Shown: positions 19,001-28,358, counted from the first letter of the stretch. The stretch is DNA of 64,000 nt from Acidobacteriota bacterium (GCA_026393675.1 JAPKZQ010000019.1:14333-78332), one strand, 5' to 3'. Notes: generated by a model not told the origin, from the sequence alone. Made by a program: numbers and translations.

Positions 19001-19396
19001 GCGCTTTCCGATGAGACCGGGCCCGCACTGCCATGGAAGACGGTGGCTGCCGCGCTCGACTCCGCGTTCCGTGCGGGGCTGCTCGAACGAACCCCGGACT
19101 CCGGACCCTGGCCATGTGATTACGCGGGTGCGAAATCGCTCAAGGTCTCGATGGTCAGGCGGTCGCCCCAGTCGAGAGAATCCGTCAAACAAGAGCCCGA
19201 AGTGGTGTCGCTACGGGCGGATCAACTGCAAGATCTTGTTGACGTTTTGCCGGAGTTGCTCAAGGTAACAGCCGGGCACGAACTCCGCTTCAGAGTTACC
19301 GTGGAGATCAGCGGTAAGAAGGTACCAGACGCCGTCGTCACGAGCGCCGTAAACGCGATGCTGGACAAGATCGAACCGGGACTCAAGACTCGCTAG
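16091..19396 (+). CDS. DUF499-family (COG1483/BrxC-like) P-loop ATPase
   Basis: N-terminus MTKLPWTPWHKVVTLREDIKTGELALNEFAADLYDV. Walker A YGGGKTHALITL. Walker B TLLLIDEVLMF. ATG 16091 has an upstream GAGGGTGAGG. The ORF-track start at 15668 overlaps the methylase in another frame. Confidence 0.9.
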   Translation: MTKLPWTPWHKVVTLREDIKTGELALNEFAADLYDVVMKRGTRRIYEDPAEFFALTFPTLALRELAKDVVQRLAAKNQKAVRQLETTYGGGKTHALITLFHLVNDPARLPDLQSVREFRAHVGIDAPATQVAMLPFDKFDVEKGIEVRSPEGNVRMLRQPWSALAWQLGGADGLRMLHRDSKDEERTSPPAENTLADLLKMPLTRGKSTLLLIDEVLMFARVAVDVDGGWRERLKNFFQYLTQAATKVDRCCIVASLLATDPDRSDSVGKEITGELYDIFRREREAGVEPVGKKDVAEVLRRRFFTPESLENPAKFRSHVINALKGVIDLDDETKKSQKDAEERFLASYPFHPDLTEVLYSKWTQLQGFQRTRGVLRTFAQALRDAERWGDWSPLVGPSVFLGPADGDVVSQAARELTQVATVEVYEGKRQEWTAILAGELDKAQRVQTDYTSLKHREVEQAVIATFLHSQPSGQKAQLRELLVLVGTTRPDKIELRKALCGWFDTSWFLDETVSAGGVDDAGLKPPPSVWRLGSTPNLKQMHADAKTRVSEELAEDRLLEEIRRTKSLTATATQAGARVHNLPEKPALVEDDGQFRFVVLGPAAASESGKPSPEARRFIQETTASDRPRKERNAIVLAVPSRDGIMAARTAVRDHLAWLGVGDTLTSGGHKLDAIRHQNLLSYTAAALGRVTDTIQQAYCIVVTVSENDEIQAFKLQPPSGPLFSAIKADNRSRIEETAISADALLPGGPYQLWREGEDSRWAKDLIGAFARFPHLPKMLRRDAIVETIAHGCSEGFYVARLLRPDKSLRTWWRQTIEADALEDPRLELVLPDKAELAGISADLVCPGAIDDLWPVGVSAPVTVGTVRQFFDGRHTMRVSRGGYDEPVPVPKADSTVVDEAIRSSVGDGRLWLSNGPASLFEEDVPIGLVTDSAELRRPPAPLSPLSLLPEQLPEAWRDGCIDGWSLTAALSDETGPALPWKTVAAALDSAFRAGLLERTPDSGPWPCDYAGAKSLKVSMVRRSPQSRESVKQEPEVVSLRADQLQDLVDVLPELLKVTAGHELRFRVTVEISGKKVPDAVVTSAVNAMLDKIEPGLKTR

Positions 19397-19483
19397 AAGC
19401 CCGAATGCGTCCGAGCGCAACCGGGACGCCATCCTGATCGTGACGGCTCGTGACAGTGTGTCCCGACCCCCTGGCGCCCTTGG

Positions 19484-19801
19484 CTACCGGACGACCGGAG
19501 TCGGCGGTCTCGTCAATCCCAGGTTCTTGTACACCATGTCGAGGTACTGCTCGATCGCCCTGGCCTCTGCCGGGTTGCTCGCCGTCGCCGCGCACGGCAG
19601 GCCGTAGACTTCCCGGCCGGCCTCACCCTTGCTGACGCGACTCTCGTAGTTGTTGTTCAGCCTCGCCACCGCGTTGAACAGCTGATCCTGTTTGGCGTTC
19701 TGAGCGCACTGCGATTCCACCAGCAGCTCAAACCATCGAAGGAGCTTCGAGCGCTGAGGCAACTTGGCTTCAACGTCAGGGCATGGTACCAGAACCGCCA
19801 T
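19484..19801 (-). CDS. hypothetical small protein (about 105 aa) at the distal edge of the defence island
   Basis: This is the C-terminal part of the 463-aa chimeric ORF. From MAVLVPCPDVEAKLPQRSKLLRWFELLVESQCAQNAKQ... the composition looks protein-like and less GC-biased. No family recognised. Confidence 0.35.
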   Translation of the reverse strand: MAVLVPCPDVEAKLPQRSKLLRWFELLVESQCAQNAKQDQLFNAVARLNNNYESRVSKGEAGREVYGLPCAATASNPAEARAIEQYLDMVYKNLGLTRPPTPVVR

Positions 19802-19924
19802 CGCCGGGGAGCGCCGGGCGGTGACACCCCGGCGACGGTTGTCCCAATCGTGCAAACCGGGAACCAGGCAGGCGTCACTCGATTCAGCATCTGATCCCCG
19901 CCGTTGGCACAAGGAGCGTCTGAC

Positions 19925-20480
19925 ATGATCACTCGACCCTCGCGACGAAGCGCACTGAAGTTGCTGGCGGCCGGCGGTCTGGCAACGGCGGCGGCTGCTC
20001 GCGCGACTGGAGCAGGACCCGTGCTGCATCCGCAGACACCCGCCTCCGCGCCGGACTCGCCCGCGCAGGCGGCGGACCGCGCCCGCCGCATCAAATGGTG
20101 GCACGACGCGCGCTTCGGGATGTTCATCCACTGGGGCGTGTACAGCGTTATTGGACGCCACGAATGGGTGATGGAAAACGAGGCGATTCCGGTTGCCGAG
20201 TATGAGCAGTTCGCCAGACGATTCCAGCCGAAGCCAAACGCGGCGCGCGACTGGGCGAAGCTCGCCCGCCGGGCCGGCCAGAAGTATATGGTGATGACGA
20301 CGAAGCACCACGAAGGCTTTTGCCTCTTCGACACCCAGACGACCAGCTACTGCGCGCCCAAACAGGGACCTGGCCGCGATCTCGTGCGCGAGTACGTGGA
20401 TGCCGCGCGGGCCGAAGGACTGCGCGTCGGGTTCTACTACTCGCTCATGGATTGGCATCACCCGGATGGCGCGCGCTGCG
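19925..20480 (+). pseudogene. alpha-L-fucosidase (GH29) 5' fragment, 3'-truncated
   Basis: AAGGAG RBS and TAT signal SRRSALKLLAAGG. GH29 motifs: WWHDARFGMFIHWGVYSV, KHHEGFCLFDT, GFYYSLMDWHHPD. Similarity stops after about 190 aa, where full-length enzymes are about 430-480 aa. End coordinate is approximate. Confidence 0.6.
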
Positions 20481-20812
20481 CGACCGATGAGGCCGCGCGG
20501 CGACTTGCTCAGTTCAGGGACCAGCGACTCCACCCGGCTCAAGGCGCAACGACCGGTGAGTCCCGTGCCGATCGGAATGCGGTGGCCGATGATGCCTTCT
20601 GGGTAATCGGTGACCGCTCGAATGACGAGGTCCGTCCCTTCCTTCAGCAGGATTGCGCAGGTGGAGTACTTGAGCGACTCCTTGATGGCCTGCACGGTGA
20701 GATTCAACAGCCGGTCCACATCGTGCTCGGCGTTGATCTGCAACCCAATCTGGAGGATCAGGTCGATATCGTGTTGCAGGACGTGGGCGTGTCGCGGTCC
20801 GTTGTCATCCAT
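20481..20812 (-). pseudogene. GAF-domain protein 5' fragment, 3'-truncated
   Basis: MDDNGPRH...DLILQIGLQINAEHDVDRLLNLTVQAIKESLKYSTCAILLKEGTDLVIRAV...IPIGTGLTGRCAL...LVPELSKSPR is the first part of a GAF fold. It then runs antisense into the fucosidase fragment. Boundary is approximate. Confidence 0.5.
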
Positions 20813-21142
20813 GAAACACCCGCAGTCTTCGCGGCGAGGGCGCAAGTCGGCAGTGGAGTGAGGACCATATTGCACGACTCCGGGTCATCCAGAGACGACG
20901 TGTTGGGTCGGCGACGGGAAAGGAGGTCCGCCCTCGCCCCTCAGGCTTCGGCGTGACATCGGTCGCGCGTCGCCAGTTCGCGAGGTTGTTGGTGGAGGAG
21001 TCCTTCGACTCGCTTCGGCCCTCGAGAGCCTCGGGCCGCGCTGAGTTCATCGAAGGGCGCTTGCTCCCCTCGATCTGGCCGACAACCGCCGGCGAACCAG
21101 CGTCAGCGTTCACCCAGCGGCGTCCGAGATGACCAAGCCCGA

Positions 21143-21598
21143 TTAGAAATGTACGACTTGCACGGTGTAGGTGACTGAGGTGCTGTCAGGAATATTGCCG
21201 GAATCGTACACCTGCACGCAGAAGTTGCCTGCGACCGCCGTGCCGCTCAACGCCACGAGTCCGGCCTTCGAGTTGTCGTTTTTCGCGATCAACGTGCAGG
21301 TGGTGCCATCCCATGTGCCGATGCCGACGCCAATCGATAGGGTCGCGAGCGGGCCCACGGCGGTCAGACCAATAGTCATGGCGCCCGTGACCGTGGCAGC
21401 GAACGGGTAGGTATCAACGCCCGTTTGCGCGAGTGTGCCGGAATAGGTTTCCGTCGTGCTGACGGGCGTGGGCGCCGTCAAAGTGGCGGCGGTTGTCAAA
21501 GCGGCGGCGGTTGTCCCTCCGCCGCAAGCCGCGGAAAGCACGGATACAGCCATCGTGAGTATGCCCACGACGAACGCGCGCGCAGCAAAGCGTGTCAT
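21143..21598 (-). CDS. putative lipoprotein, function unknown
   Basis: Signal plus lipobox MTRFAARAFVVGILTMAVSVLSAAC. GGAGAG RBS. Thr/Ala/Gly-rich, beta-rich mature part. Confidence 0.6.
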   Translation of the reverse strand: MTRFAARAFVVGILTMAVSVLSAACGGGTTAAALTTAATLTAPTPVSTTETYSGTLAQTGVDTYPFAATVTGAMTIGLTAVGPLATLSIGVGIGTWDGTTCTLIAKNDNSKAGLVALSGTAVAGNFCVQVYDSGNIPDSTSVTYTVQVVHF

Positions 21599-22097
21599 GT
21601 TGCTCTCTCCAAGCGAACAATTGTTCAGAGTCGAGCGTCCGGGCTGCAAGAACCACGCCGCGGGCTCAGGCGTGTTTGGTGTGACCGAAGGGGCTTGCTG
21701 TGTGGCACGCCGGTGGCATCGCCATGACACATTGGTTCTTCCAGGCTGTGGTTCGTCACAGTGGGAGGACAGGAGCGTCTCCGGGAGGTGACAAGGAGAA
21801 CCCTGCCGATTGGCCCGGATGCGGAGTCCCCACGCGTCTCCACGACGCGCGTGCGCGTCACGCCATTGAATCGGCTTGAAGATCGGAGACAGCGTGTGAG
21901 CTGGTGCATTCCTTGCAGGTTTGGCGAGGCCTCCCGCCGTTCAGGGTTCGGACGCGGTGTGCCTTGACAAACACTGTGCGCGGATCGCTCCTGGCGGCGA
22001 TCGACGTGTCGTCGGACGTGCGCTTGAGGCCCCCGCAGGCGTGGTTGCGGTGCGGAAGGTGAGGCCGTCCAAATCTGCGATCGAGGGAATGATTGGC

Positions 22098-24824
22098 ATG
22101 TGGACCAAAGTAATGCTGAGCGTTGCGGTGGCGCTGACATTCGCCAGCGAGGCAGTGGCGCAGTGCCGAGTGGAGGGTGTGGTGCGGAGTCTTACCGGCG
22201 CGCCAGTGGCCGGAGCCATGGTTGTGCTCGACCCGCCGATCCGAAAGACCTCCACGGACGCAGAAGGCCGCTACGGATTCGATGATGTGAAGGCGGGCAG
22301 CCGCGTCAAAGTCACGGCGTTGCAGGGCGGACGTGAAATGGCCTGGGCGTTCTCGCTCGTGTCCCGCTGGGTCGAGCAGATTGATCTCCAGGAGAGGCCT
22401 CTGCCTCCCGTACTGAGCGCGGTCTCATTCAACGACGTCCGAGGCATCGTGCGTACGATTGATGGCCGGCCGCTCGCCGCAGTCAGTATCACGGTCGACG
22501 AACCGAAATTGAGCGTCATGACAGATGCAGCGGGTCGATATGTCTTGACGGGCATGCCGTCCGGCGTTCCCCTTGTGGTTCACGCCGGTACCACGGGCTT
22601 CAAGACGGCCACACAGGAAGTGGTGGTGCCGGCTGCGCGGGTGTTCGATGTTGATTTCAGCCTCACAGAGGCCTCGGCAACGCCGTCCGAGTCCGGGTCC
22701 GCAGGAAAGTCGAATCTCGACACCTTCGGAGAATCCGATGGCAGAACCCTCCGTCCCGAGCAGGTGAAGGGTCTGCCCAGCCTCGTTGAGAAGGACGTCT
22801 TCCGCGCCGTGCAGTTGCTGCCGGGCGTGGCGGGAACGCAAGAAGCCTCAACCGACCTCATGGTTCGCGGGAGCACGTCCGACCAGACGCTCATCACCTA
22901 CGACGGCATCACGCTCTACAACGTCGATCATCTGTTCGGCTTCTACAGCGCCGTGAACATGGAAGGCATCCAGGCAGCGGACTTCACGAAGAGCAATGTC
23001 ACCGCCGGCGACGGCGGTCGGCTGTCAGGAACCCTTCGCCTGACGGGCCAGTCGAAGGCCGCGGCCGGGCCGACTGGATTCGTGGACATGAGTATGCTCG
23101 GTCTGGGAGGCCTTGTCAGTGTGCCGCTCGGCGACCGTGCGTCCCTCCTTCTGGCAGCCCGACGATCCAATCCGAGTTCGCTCTACGACAATGTCCTCGA
23201 TTTGATGGACATCGGCGGCAAACAAGCGGCCCGTGGTCGCCCGGTCGCATGGAGCGGCGGGATTCTCCGAGCCCCGTCGGAGTCCCAGTTCCACGACTTC
23301 AACGGCAAGTTCGAACTGAAAGCCAGCAGCACGGACCGCCTGTCAGTCAGCGTGTACGACGCCATGAGCGTTCTCGATCGTTCCCGGGATCTGCCGGTGG
23401 ATAGCTCGACCATCACCGCCCTGGCGAACGAGGGAATGGCGCTGCCGTCCACCGCCGTCTCACAGAGCGCTGATGTGCAGGACTGGACGTCGCGCGGCGT
23501 CGGCGGCAGTTGGGCTCACCAGTGGTCGTCTTCTACGACGACAACGCTCACCGTCGGCCGCTCGGAGTACTCGGACCATCGAGATCGGGCGTCCATGGTG
23601 ACGGATCCCTCCACCGGCGAGGACTTTTCGATGGCGGTCCGTCGAGGCGGGAACAACGCGTCGACTGACGCCACCCAGATTCGCGACACCACCGTGCGAC
23701 TCGATTCGTCGATCGCTCTCGGATTCGCGCACGCGCTGTCGCTCGGCGGGGAGATGACGGCGCTCGACATCGGCTATGCCGCCACGCGGGAAGCCATCAC
23801 CGGGAGGCGTCCGGACGGGGGGTACGATGAGCAACTCGGTCCCCTGCTCGACCGGTCTGGCACCGGCCGACTGACGACGGTTTTCGCACAGGATGGCTGG
23901 CGTCCGAGTGCGCGGTTCATGTTGTCGCCAGGTGTGCGCGTGACGCATTACGACGTCACGGGATCATCGTATGTCGAGCCTCGGCTCAGCTTCAGCTACC
24001 AGGCGACGTCCCTGGCACGAGTGAAAGGCGGGTGGGGGATTGACCACCAGTTCGCCAATCGTGTGACGCACGAGGATCTGGTGCAAGGCGACAGTGCTTT
24101 CTGGACGCTGGCCGACGGAACCACGGTGCCCGTGGAGCGTTCCCGACAGATCTTTGGCGGCGGCAGTCTCGAGACGTCGACCTTCCTCATGGACGTTCAG
24201 GTGTACTACAAGGCGCTCGACGACCTGGCGATCTTCGCCCCTCGATTGATGGCCGGGGCGCCTCTCGACGATGGCGCAAACGCGATGCACCTGGGGTCGG
24301 GAACGTCGCGGGGGATGGAAGTGCTCCTCCAGCAGAAATCGAGTTCGAACAACGCCTGGATCAGCTACACCCTCAGCAAGGCCGAGTACGCATTTCCGAC
24401 GCTCGAGGCCAACGTGTTCCCTGGGTCTCAGGATCAGACGCATGAAGTCAAGGTCGCGGACATCGCGCGCATCGGCGCGCGATGGACCGTGGGCGCGACG
24501 TGGGTGTATTCCTCCGGGCGGCCGACCACACCAGTCAGTGGGGTTGGGCAGGCGTGGTGGCCGAGCGGGCTGGTGGTCTACCAGCCCGCCTTCGGCGCGA
24601 AGAACTCAGAGCGGTTGCCGGCGTATCACCGGCTTGACCTCTCGACACAGCGCGAATTCCGAATGGCCGGCGTCAAGAGTACACTTGGCGTGTCCGTGCT
24701 CAACGTCTACAACCGAAGCAACGTCTGGTTCCGCGACTACCAGGGGCTGGGCAGCACGTCGATCGTCAACGACGTGACGCTGATGGGCCGGACAGTCAAC
24801 TTCTTCGCAAAGATCGGTTTCTGA
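22098..24824 (+). CDS. TonB-dependent-receptor-like outer-membrane protein with N-terminal carboxypeptidase-regulatory-like domains
   Basis: Signal MWTKVMLSVAVALTFASEAVAQ. Two CarboxypepD_reg-like repeats (GVVRS.TGAPVAGAMVVL.., GIVRTIDGRPLAAVSITV). Plug motifs DVFRAVQLLPGVAG and LMVRGSTSDQTLITYDGITLYN. C-terminal aromatic residue ...AKIGF. The start (22089 or 22098) is uncertain. Confidence 0.8.
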   Translation: MWTKVMLSVAVALTFASEAVAQCRVEGVVRSLTGAPVAGAMVVLDPPIRKTSTDAEGRYGFDDVKAGSRVKVTALQGGREMAWAFSLVSRWVEQIDLQERPLPPVLSAVSFNDVRGIVRTIDGRPLAAVSITVDEPKLSVMTDAAGRYVLTGMPSGVPLVVHAGTTGFKTATQEVVVPAARVFDVDFSLTEASATPSESGSAGKSNLDTFGESDGRTLRPEQVKGLPSLVEKDVFRAVQLLPGVAGTQEASTDLMVRGSTSDQTLITYDGITLYNVDHLFGFYSAVNMEGIQAADFTKSNVTAGDGGRLSGTLRLTGQSKAAAGPTGFVDMSMLGLGGLVSVPLGDRASLLLAARRSNPSSLYDNVLDLMDIGGKQAARGRPVAWSGGILRAPSESQFHDFNGKFELKASSTDRLSVSVYDAMSVLDRSRDLPVDSSTITALANEGMALPSTAVSQSADVQDWTSRGVGGSWAHQWSSSTTTTLTVGRSEYSDHRDRASMVTDPSTGEDFSMAVRRGGNNASTDATQIRDTTVRLDSSIALGFAHALSLGGEMTALDIGYAATREAITGRRPDGGYDEQLGPLLDRSGTGRLTTVFAQDGWRPSARFMLSPGVRVTHYDVTGSSYVEPRLSFSYQATSLARVKGGWGIDHQFANRVTHEDLVQGDSAFWTLADGTTVPVERSRQIFGGGSLETSTFLMDVQVYYKALDDLAIFAPRLMAGAPLDDGANAMHLGSGTSRGMEVLLQQKSSSNNAWISYTLSKAEYAFPTLEANVFPGSQDQTHEVKVADIARIGARWTVGATWVYSSGRPTTPVSGVGQAWWPSGLVVYQPAFGAKNSERLPAYHRLDLSTQREFRMAGVKSTLGVSVLNVYNRSNVWFRDYQGLGSTSIVNDVTLMGRTVNFFAKIGF

Positions 24825-25058
24825 TCGGCTTGCCGGGGCAAGTGCCCAAACCAATTCCTCACGCCTCGTTGACGAGCGCACCGCAGTTCGACCGCGAGCG
24901 CGCCGAGCCGCGTTGTTCGATTCTCGACGGTACCCCGTCGCAAAGGCCCACGCGCAAGTCCCTTGACGAACGTCCCAAGGACGAACTGAACTGGGATCGG
25001 TGGTAGGATTCGCCGTGCCAATCAGAGGAGTCCTGGAGGCCGCAAAAAAGGTAGACGT

Positions 25059-26435
25059 GTGACCGCGTTGTGGATGGCCTACCTCTTCGTCCTGCCGTTT
25101 CACCGCATCTGGTCGCTGCCGTGGCTGGGCACGAAGCTCCAGCCGCCTGAAATCCTGTTCCTGGCACTGGCTACCGCGGCCGCCGTGCGGTGGTGGCGGG
25201 GGCAGGCGCGCTGGCAGCCCGTGCCGAGTGACGCCGCCGCGGTGGCTTGGCTCATCGCCAATGTGGTTGCCGTCGTGACGCCCACCGGCCGCCTGCGTTT
25301 CACCGATGCGGGGGCGCTCAGCGAAGCGCTCGGCGCCGTGTCGCTGGTCGGCCTGTACGCCGCCGTCCGACTCACGGCGACGCCACAACTGGTAAGCCGA
25401 GTTGGCGAATGGTATGGGAGGTCGGCAGCCGTGGCTGCGGTGCTCGGCCTCATCGGAGTGGTTCTGGCGTGGTGTGGCGCGCCGACCCGGCTGGCGACGA
25501 TCGTGTGGACGCTCGTCCCGTACCTGCAGCACGCCCCGCGTGCGCAGGCCTTCACGGCAGGTCCCCAGATGCTCGCCAGCATCCTCCTGCTGGCGGTACC
25601 GCTGTTCATCGGCAACCGGCTGAACCACGGATGGCGTCGACGCGACACGGCCGTGATCCTGTTGATCATCCTCGGGCTCGCCGCCACCCTGTCGAAGACG
25701 GCGCTCTGCGCGGTGGCGGCGGTGGCCGTGATGTGGGCCTCGGGTCGACGCCCGGGCGCAGCCGATCGCGGCGCCCGGGCTCGACGGCGCATGTGGCTGG
25801 CAGGCGCCGTGTCGCTGGTCGTGGCTGTCGTCTTCACGGCGGGCTCGCACCTGATGCTGGTGCGCGGAGCCGAGGTGGAGCGGTGGCGCGTTGGACAGGT
25901 TGTCGGCGGCCGGCCGGTCGCGTCGTTCGAGTGGTCTGGAGAGTCGTGGCTGCTGATGCCCACGACCTACGCCTACAACAAGCAGGCGAGCCTGATCGCG
26001 ATTGAAGAGGCCTGGCCCGCGGGCGTGGGCCCGGGTCAGCAGCCCGCCTTCGCGGCGCGTCTGCAGCGCGAGGGGCGATTCCCCACGTCGATGTGGATCA
26101 CGTTCCCGCACTCCACCTACCTGGGGCCGGTGGCGGAGCTTGGCGCGCCTGGACTGCTGGCGCTCGCGCTGCTGTTGGTGACGGGGGGCCTCGCCATCAG
26201 ACGGCTGCTCAGGTCGCCGCAGCTCCCGCGATGGGAGGCCGCTGCCTACGCGGGAGCAGGGGCCGCCTTGCTCATTGAGGCGATCTCGACCGACCTGCTC
26301 AACTGCCGTCACTACTGGTGGTTCTTCGCGATCATGGCGGCGCGTGTGGCGGAGGTGAGCCGGGTCGACCGCGTCGCACCACGCAGCGCCGTCTCTGATG
26401 TCGAGCCGCCCCATGACCTGCAGACAGGCGTATGA
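25059..26435 (+). CDS. polytopic membrane protein, O-antigen ligase/polymerase (Wzy_C)-like
   Basis: At least 10 predicted hydrophobic helices. A central loop region follows ...LGLAATLSKTALCAVAAVAV.... Envelope gene context. Family assignment is tentative. Confidence 0.5.
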   Translation: MTALWMAYLFVLPFHRIWSLPWLGTKLQPPEILFLALATAAAVRWWRGQARWQPVPSDAAAVAWLIANVVAVVTPTGRLRFTDAGALSEALGAVSLVGLYAAVRLTATPQLVSRVGEWYGRSAAVAAVLGLIGVVLAWCGAPTRLATIVWTLVPYLQHAPRAQAFTAGPQMLASILLLAVPLFIGNRLNHGWRRRDTAVILLIILGLAATLSKTALCAVAAVAVMWASGRRPGAADRGARARRRMWLAGAVSLVVAVVFTAGSHLMLVRGAEVERWRVGQVVGGRPVASFEWSGESWLLMPTTYAYNKQASLIAIEEAWPAGVGPGQQPAFAARLQREGRFPTSMWITFPHSTYLGPVAELGAPGLLALALLLVTGGLAIRRLLRSPQLPRWEAAAYAGAGAALLIEAISTDLLNCRHYWWFFAIMAARVAEVSRVDRVAPRSAVSDVEPPHDLQTGV

Positions 26436-26497
26436 TTCTAGGAGCGTTCCGGAGGCCAGTGGGGCTTTTGCAGGGCGCGGATCAAAGGAGACAGACC

Positions 26498-27088
26498 ATG
26501 CGTGTTCGTTTCGGATTCCTCATTCTTGTTCTGGGTCTTGCCGTGACGGTGGGCGGATGTGCCACGCCCCCGACCGCGGACATCGAAGCAGCGAAGACCG
26601 CAATCACCAACGCCGGCACGGCGGGCGCGGGTGAATACGCCGCCGCGTCGTTCACGGCCGCCCAGGATGCCCAGGCCGCGCTCGACGCCGAGTTGAAGGC
26701 CCAGGAAGGCAAATCGTTCAAGTCTTTCGACAAGGCCAAGGCACTTGCGGTCGCCGCAAAGGCCGCAGGTGAGAAGGCCACGACGGACGCCGCCGCCGGA
26801 AAAGAAAAGGCCAAGGCGGATGCCACCCTGGCGATCGCTGACGCCAAGACCGCGCTCACCGAGGCCCAGGCCCTGCTCGACAAGGCGCCGAAGGGGAAGG
26901 GCTCGGCCGCTGACATCGCCGCCATGAAGACCGATCTGACCACCGCGGCGACCACGATCTCCGAGGCCAAGGCGGCCCTCGGCAACGTGAAATACCTCGA
27001 CGCCAAGGTCAAGGCGGAGTCGGCCAAGAACGCGGCCACGACGGTCAAGACGGCCGTCGAGGCAGCCATGGCGGCCAAGAAGAAGTAG
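26498..27088 (+). CDS. DUF4398-like alanine-rich lipoprotein
   Basis: AAGGAG RBS. Lipobox LAVTVGGC. Helical Ala/Lys-rich repeats (A..A..A...EYAAASF.AAQ.A..AL) are typical of DUF4398. Confidence 0.6.
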   Translation: MRVRFGFLILVLGLAVTVGGCATPPTADIEAAKTAITNAGTAGAGEYAAASFTAAQDAQAALDAELKAQEGKSFKSFDKAKALAVAAKAAGEKATTDAAAGKEKAKADATLAIADAKTALTEAQALLDKAPKGKGSAADIAAMKTDLTTAATTISEAKAALGNVKYLDAKVKAESAKNAATTVKTAVEAAMAAKKK

Positions 27089-27185
27089 CACTCACCTGAA
27101 GGGACCCGGTGCAGAGGCGTGATTCTCCGCCTCTCCCGGGGTTCCTGATTCCCGCAGGACAGCAACGACGTGCGGAGAGAGCCCC

Positions 27186-28358
27186 ATGCGACGCGGTGAC
27201 CGCCACATGTGGCGCAGGCTGGCCGTGGCGGTTGTCGGCGTACTGCTCCTGGGAGGGGCGTACCTCGCCGTGCGAACCGTGGCCTCGCGCCGGGAGACGG
27301 TAATGCAGACGGCGGCGGACGCCGCGCGTGCCGCCGTACGGTCCGCCCGCGCCGAGGATGCCATGCGCTGGGCCCCCGACGAGCTGGCGGCCGCCGAGCT
27401 GGCGTCACGTGACGCGCTCACCAGCCAAAGGGTTGAGCAAGTGCGCGCCTGGCCGATACCCGACGCGGCACCGGTGGTCGACGCCTGGTTTGCCGCCGAA
27501 CGCGCAGCACACGCAGCAGCGACATCGGCGCGCAGCCGCCGCACCGAGGCGGCCCGCTCCGCGAGCACGCAGATTGAAGAGGCCCGCGCGGCTTTGTCGG
27601 CCAGCGAACTGGTGGCGGCGACGATTCACCTTGGGCCCGGGCGATGGCTGCTGGCCACGGCGCGAACAGTGCTCGATGAGGCACGTGCCTACCAGCGTGC
27701 GGGCGCGCTCGAGACCGCAGCGGCGCGCGCGCGGGATGCGGCATCGCTGGCCGAGAGGGTGCGCGACCACGCCGCCGCTGTCGCGGCGCGGTATGCCGAC
27801 GCCGAGACCGTCGCCCGATGGCAGCGCTGGAAGAGCGAGACCATCGCCTGGTCGCGGCGCGAGGGGCGCGCGGCCATCGTGGTCGTGAAAGACGCGCACC
27901 TGATGACGCTCTTCGTGCATGGCGAGCTTGTGAAAAGCTATACCGTCGAGCTCGGCTTCAACTGGATCGCCGACAAGCTCCAGGAAGGGGACGGCGCCAC
28001 GCCCGAGGGACGGTACCGCGTCGTGGCGCGCATGGACCACCTGGCCTCCGACTACTACAAGGCGTTGCTCATCGACTATCCCAACGCCGAGGATCGTGCG
28101 GAGTTCGGCCGTGCGCACCGCCGCGGCGAGATCCCGGCGTCGGCCCGGATCGGCGGGCTCATCGAAATCCATGGCGGAGGCGGCCGCCAGTACGACTGGA
28201 CCAATGGCTGCGTGAGCGTGACCAACCCGGACATCGACAACCTGTTCGGCCGCGTGAGCGTGGGCACACCCGTGACCATCGTTGGGAGCGACACCTATGG
28301 ACCCATTGCCGAGTTTGCCAACCAGCACCGGCGCGACGCCACCAACCGCAGGCCCTGA
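27186..28358 (+). CDS. L,D-transpeptidase (YkuD) domain protein with a helical N-terminal region
   Basis: TM anchor. C-terminal YkuD motif LIEIHGGGG...WTNGCVSVTNPDIDNLF (His/Cys catalytic pair). Confidence 0.75.
   Translation: MRRGDRHMWRRLAVAVVGVLLLGGAYLAVRTVASRRETVMQTAADAARAAVRSARAEDAMRWAPDELAAAELASRDALTSQRVEQVRAWPIPDAAPVVDAWFAAERAAHAAATSARSRRTEAARSASTQIEEARAALSASELVAATIHLGPGRWLLATARTVLDEARAYQRAGALETAAARARDAASLAERVRDHAAAVAARYADAETVARWQRWKSETIAWSRREGRAAIVVVKDAHLMTLFVHGELVKSYTVELGFNWIADKLQEGDGATPEGRYRVVARMDHLASDYYKALLIDYPNAEDRAEFGRAHRRGEIPASARIGGLIEIHGGGGRQYDWTNGCVSVTNPDIDNLFGRVSVGTPVTIVGSDTYGPIAEFANQHRRDATNRRP

Noticed and set aside
19484-20875. The 463-aa minus-strand ORF treated as one gene.
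   Set aside because: It is a read-through of a GAF fragment, the antisense of a fucosidase fragment, and a separate small ORF. The middle part has no protein-like features.
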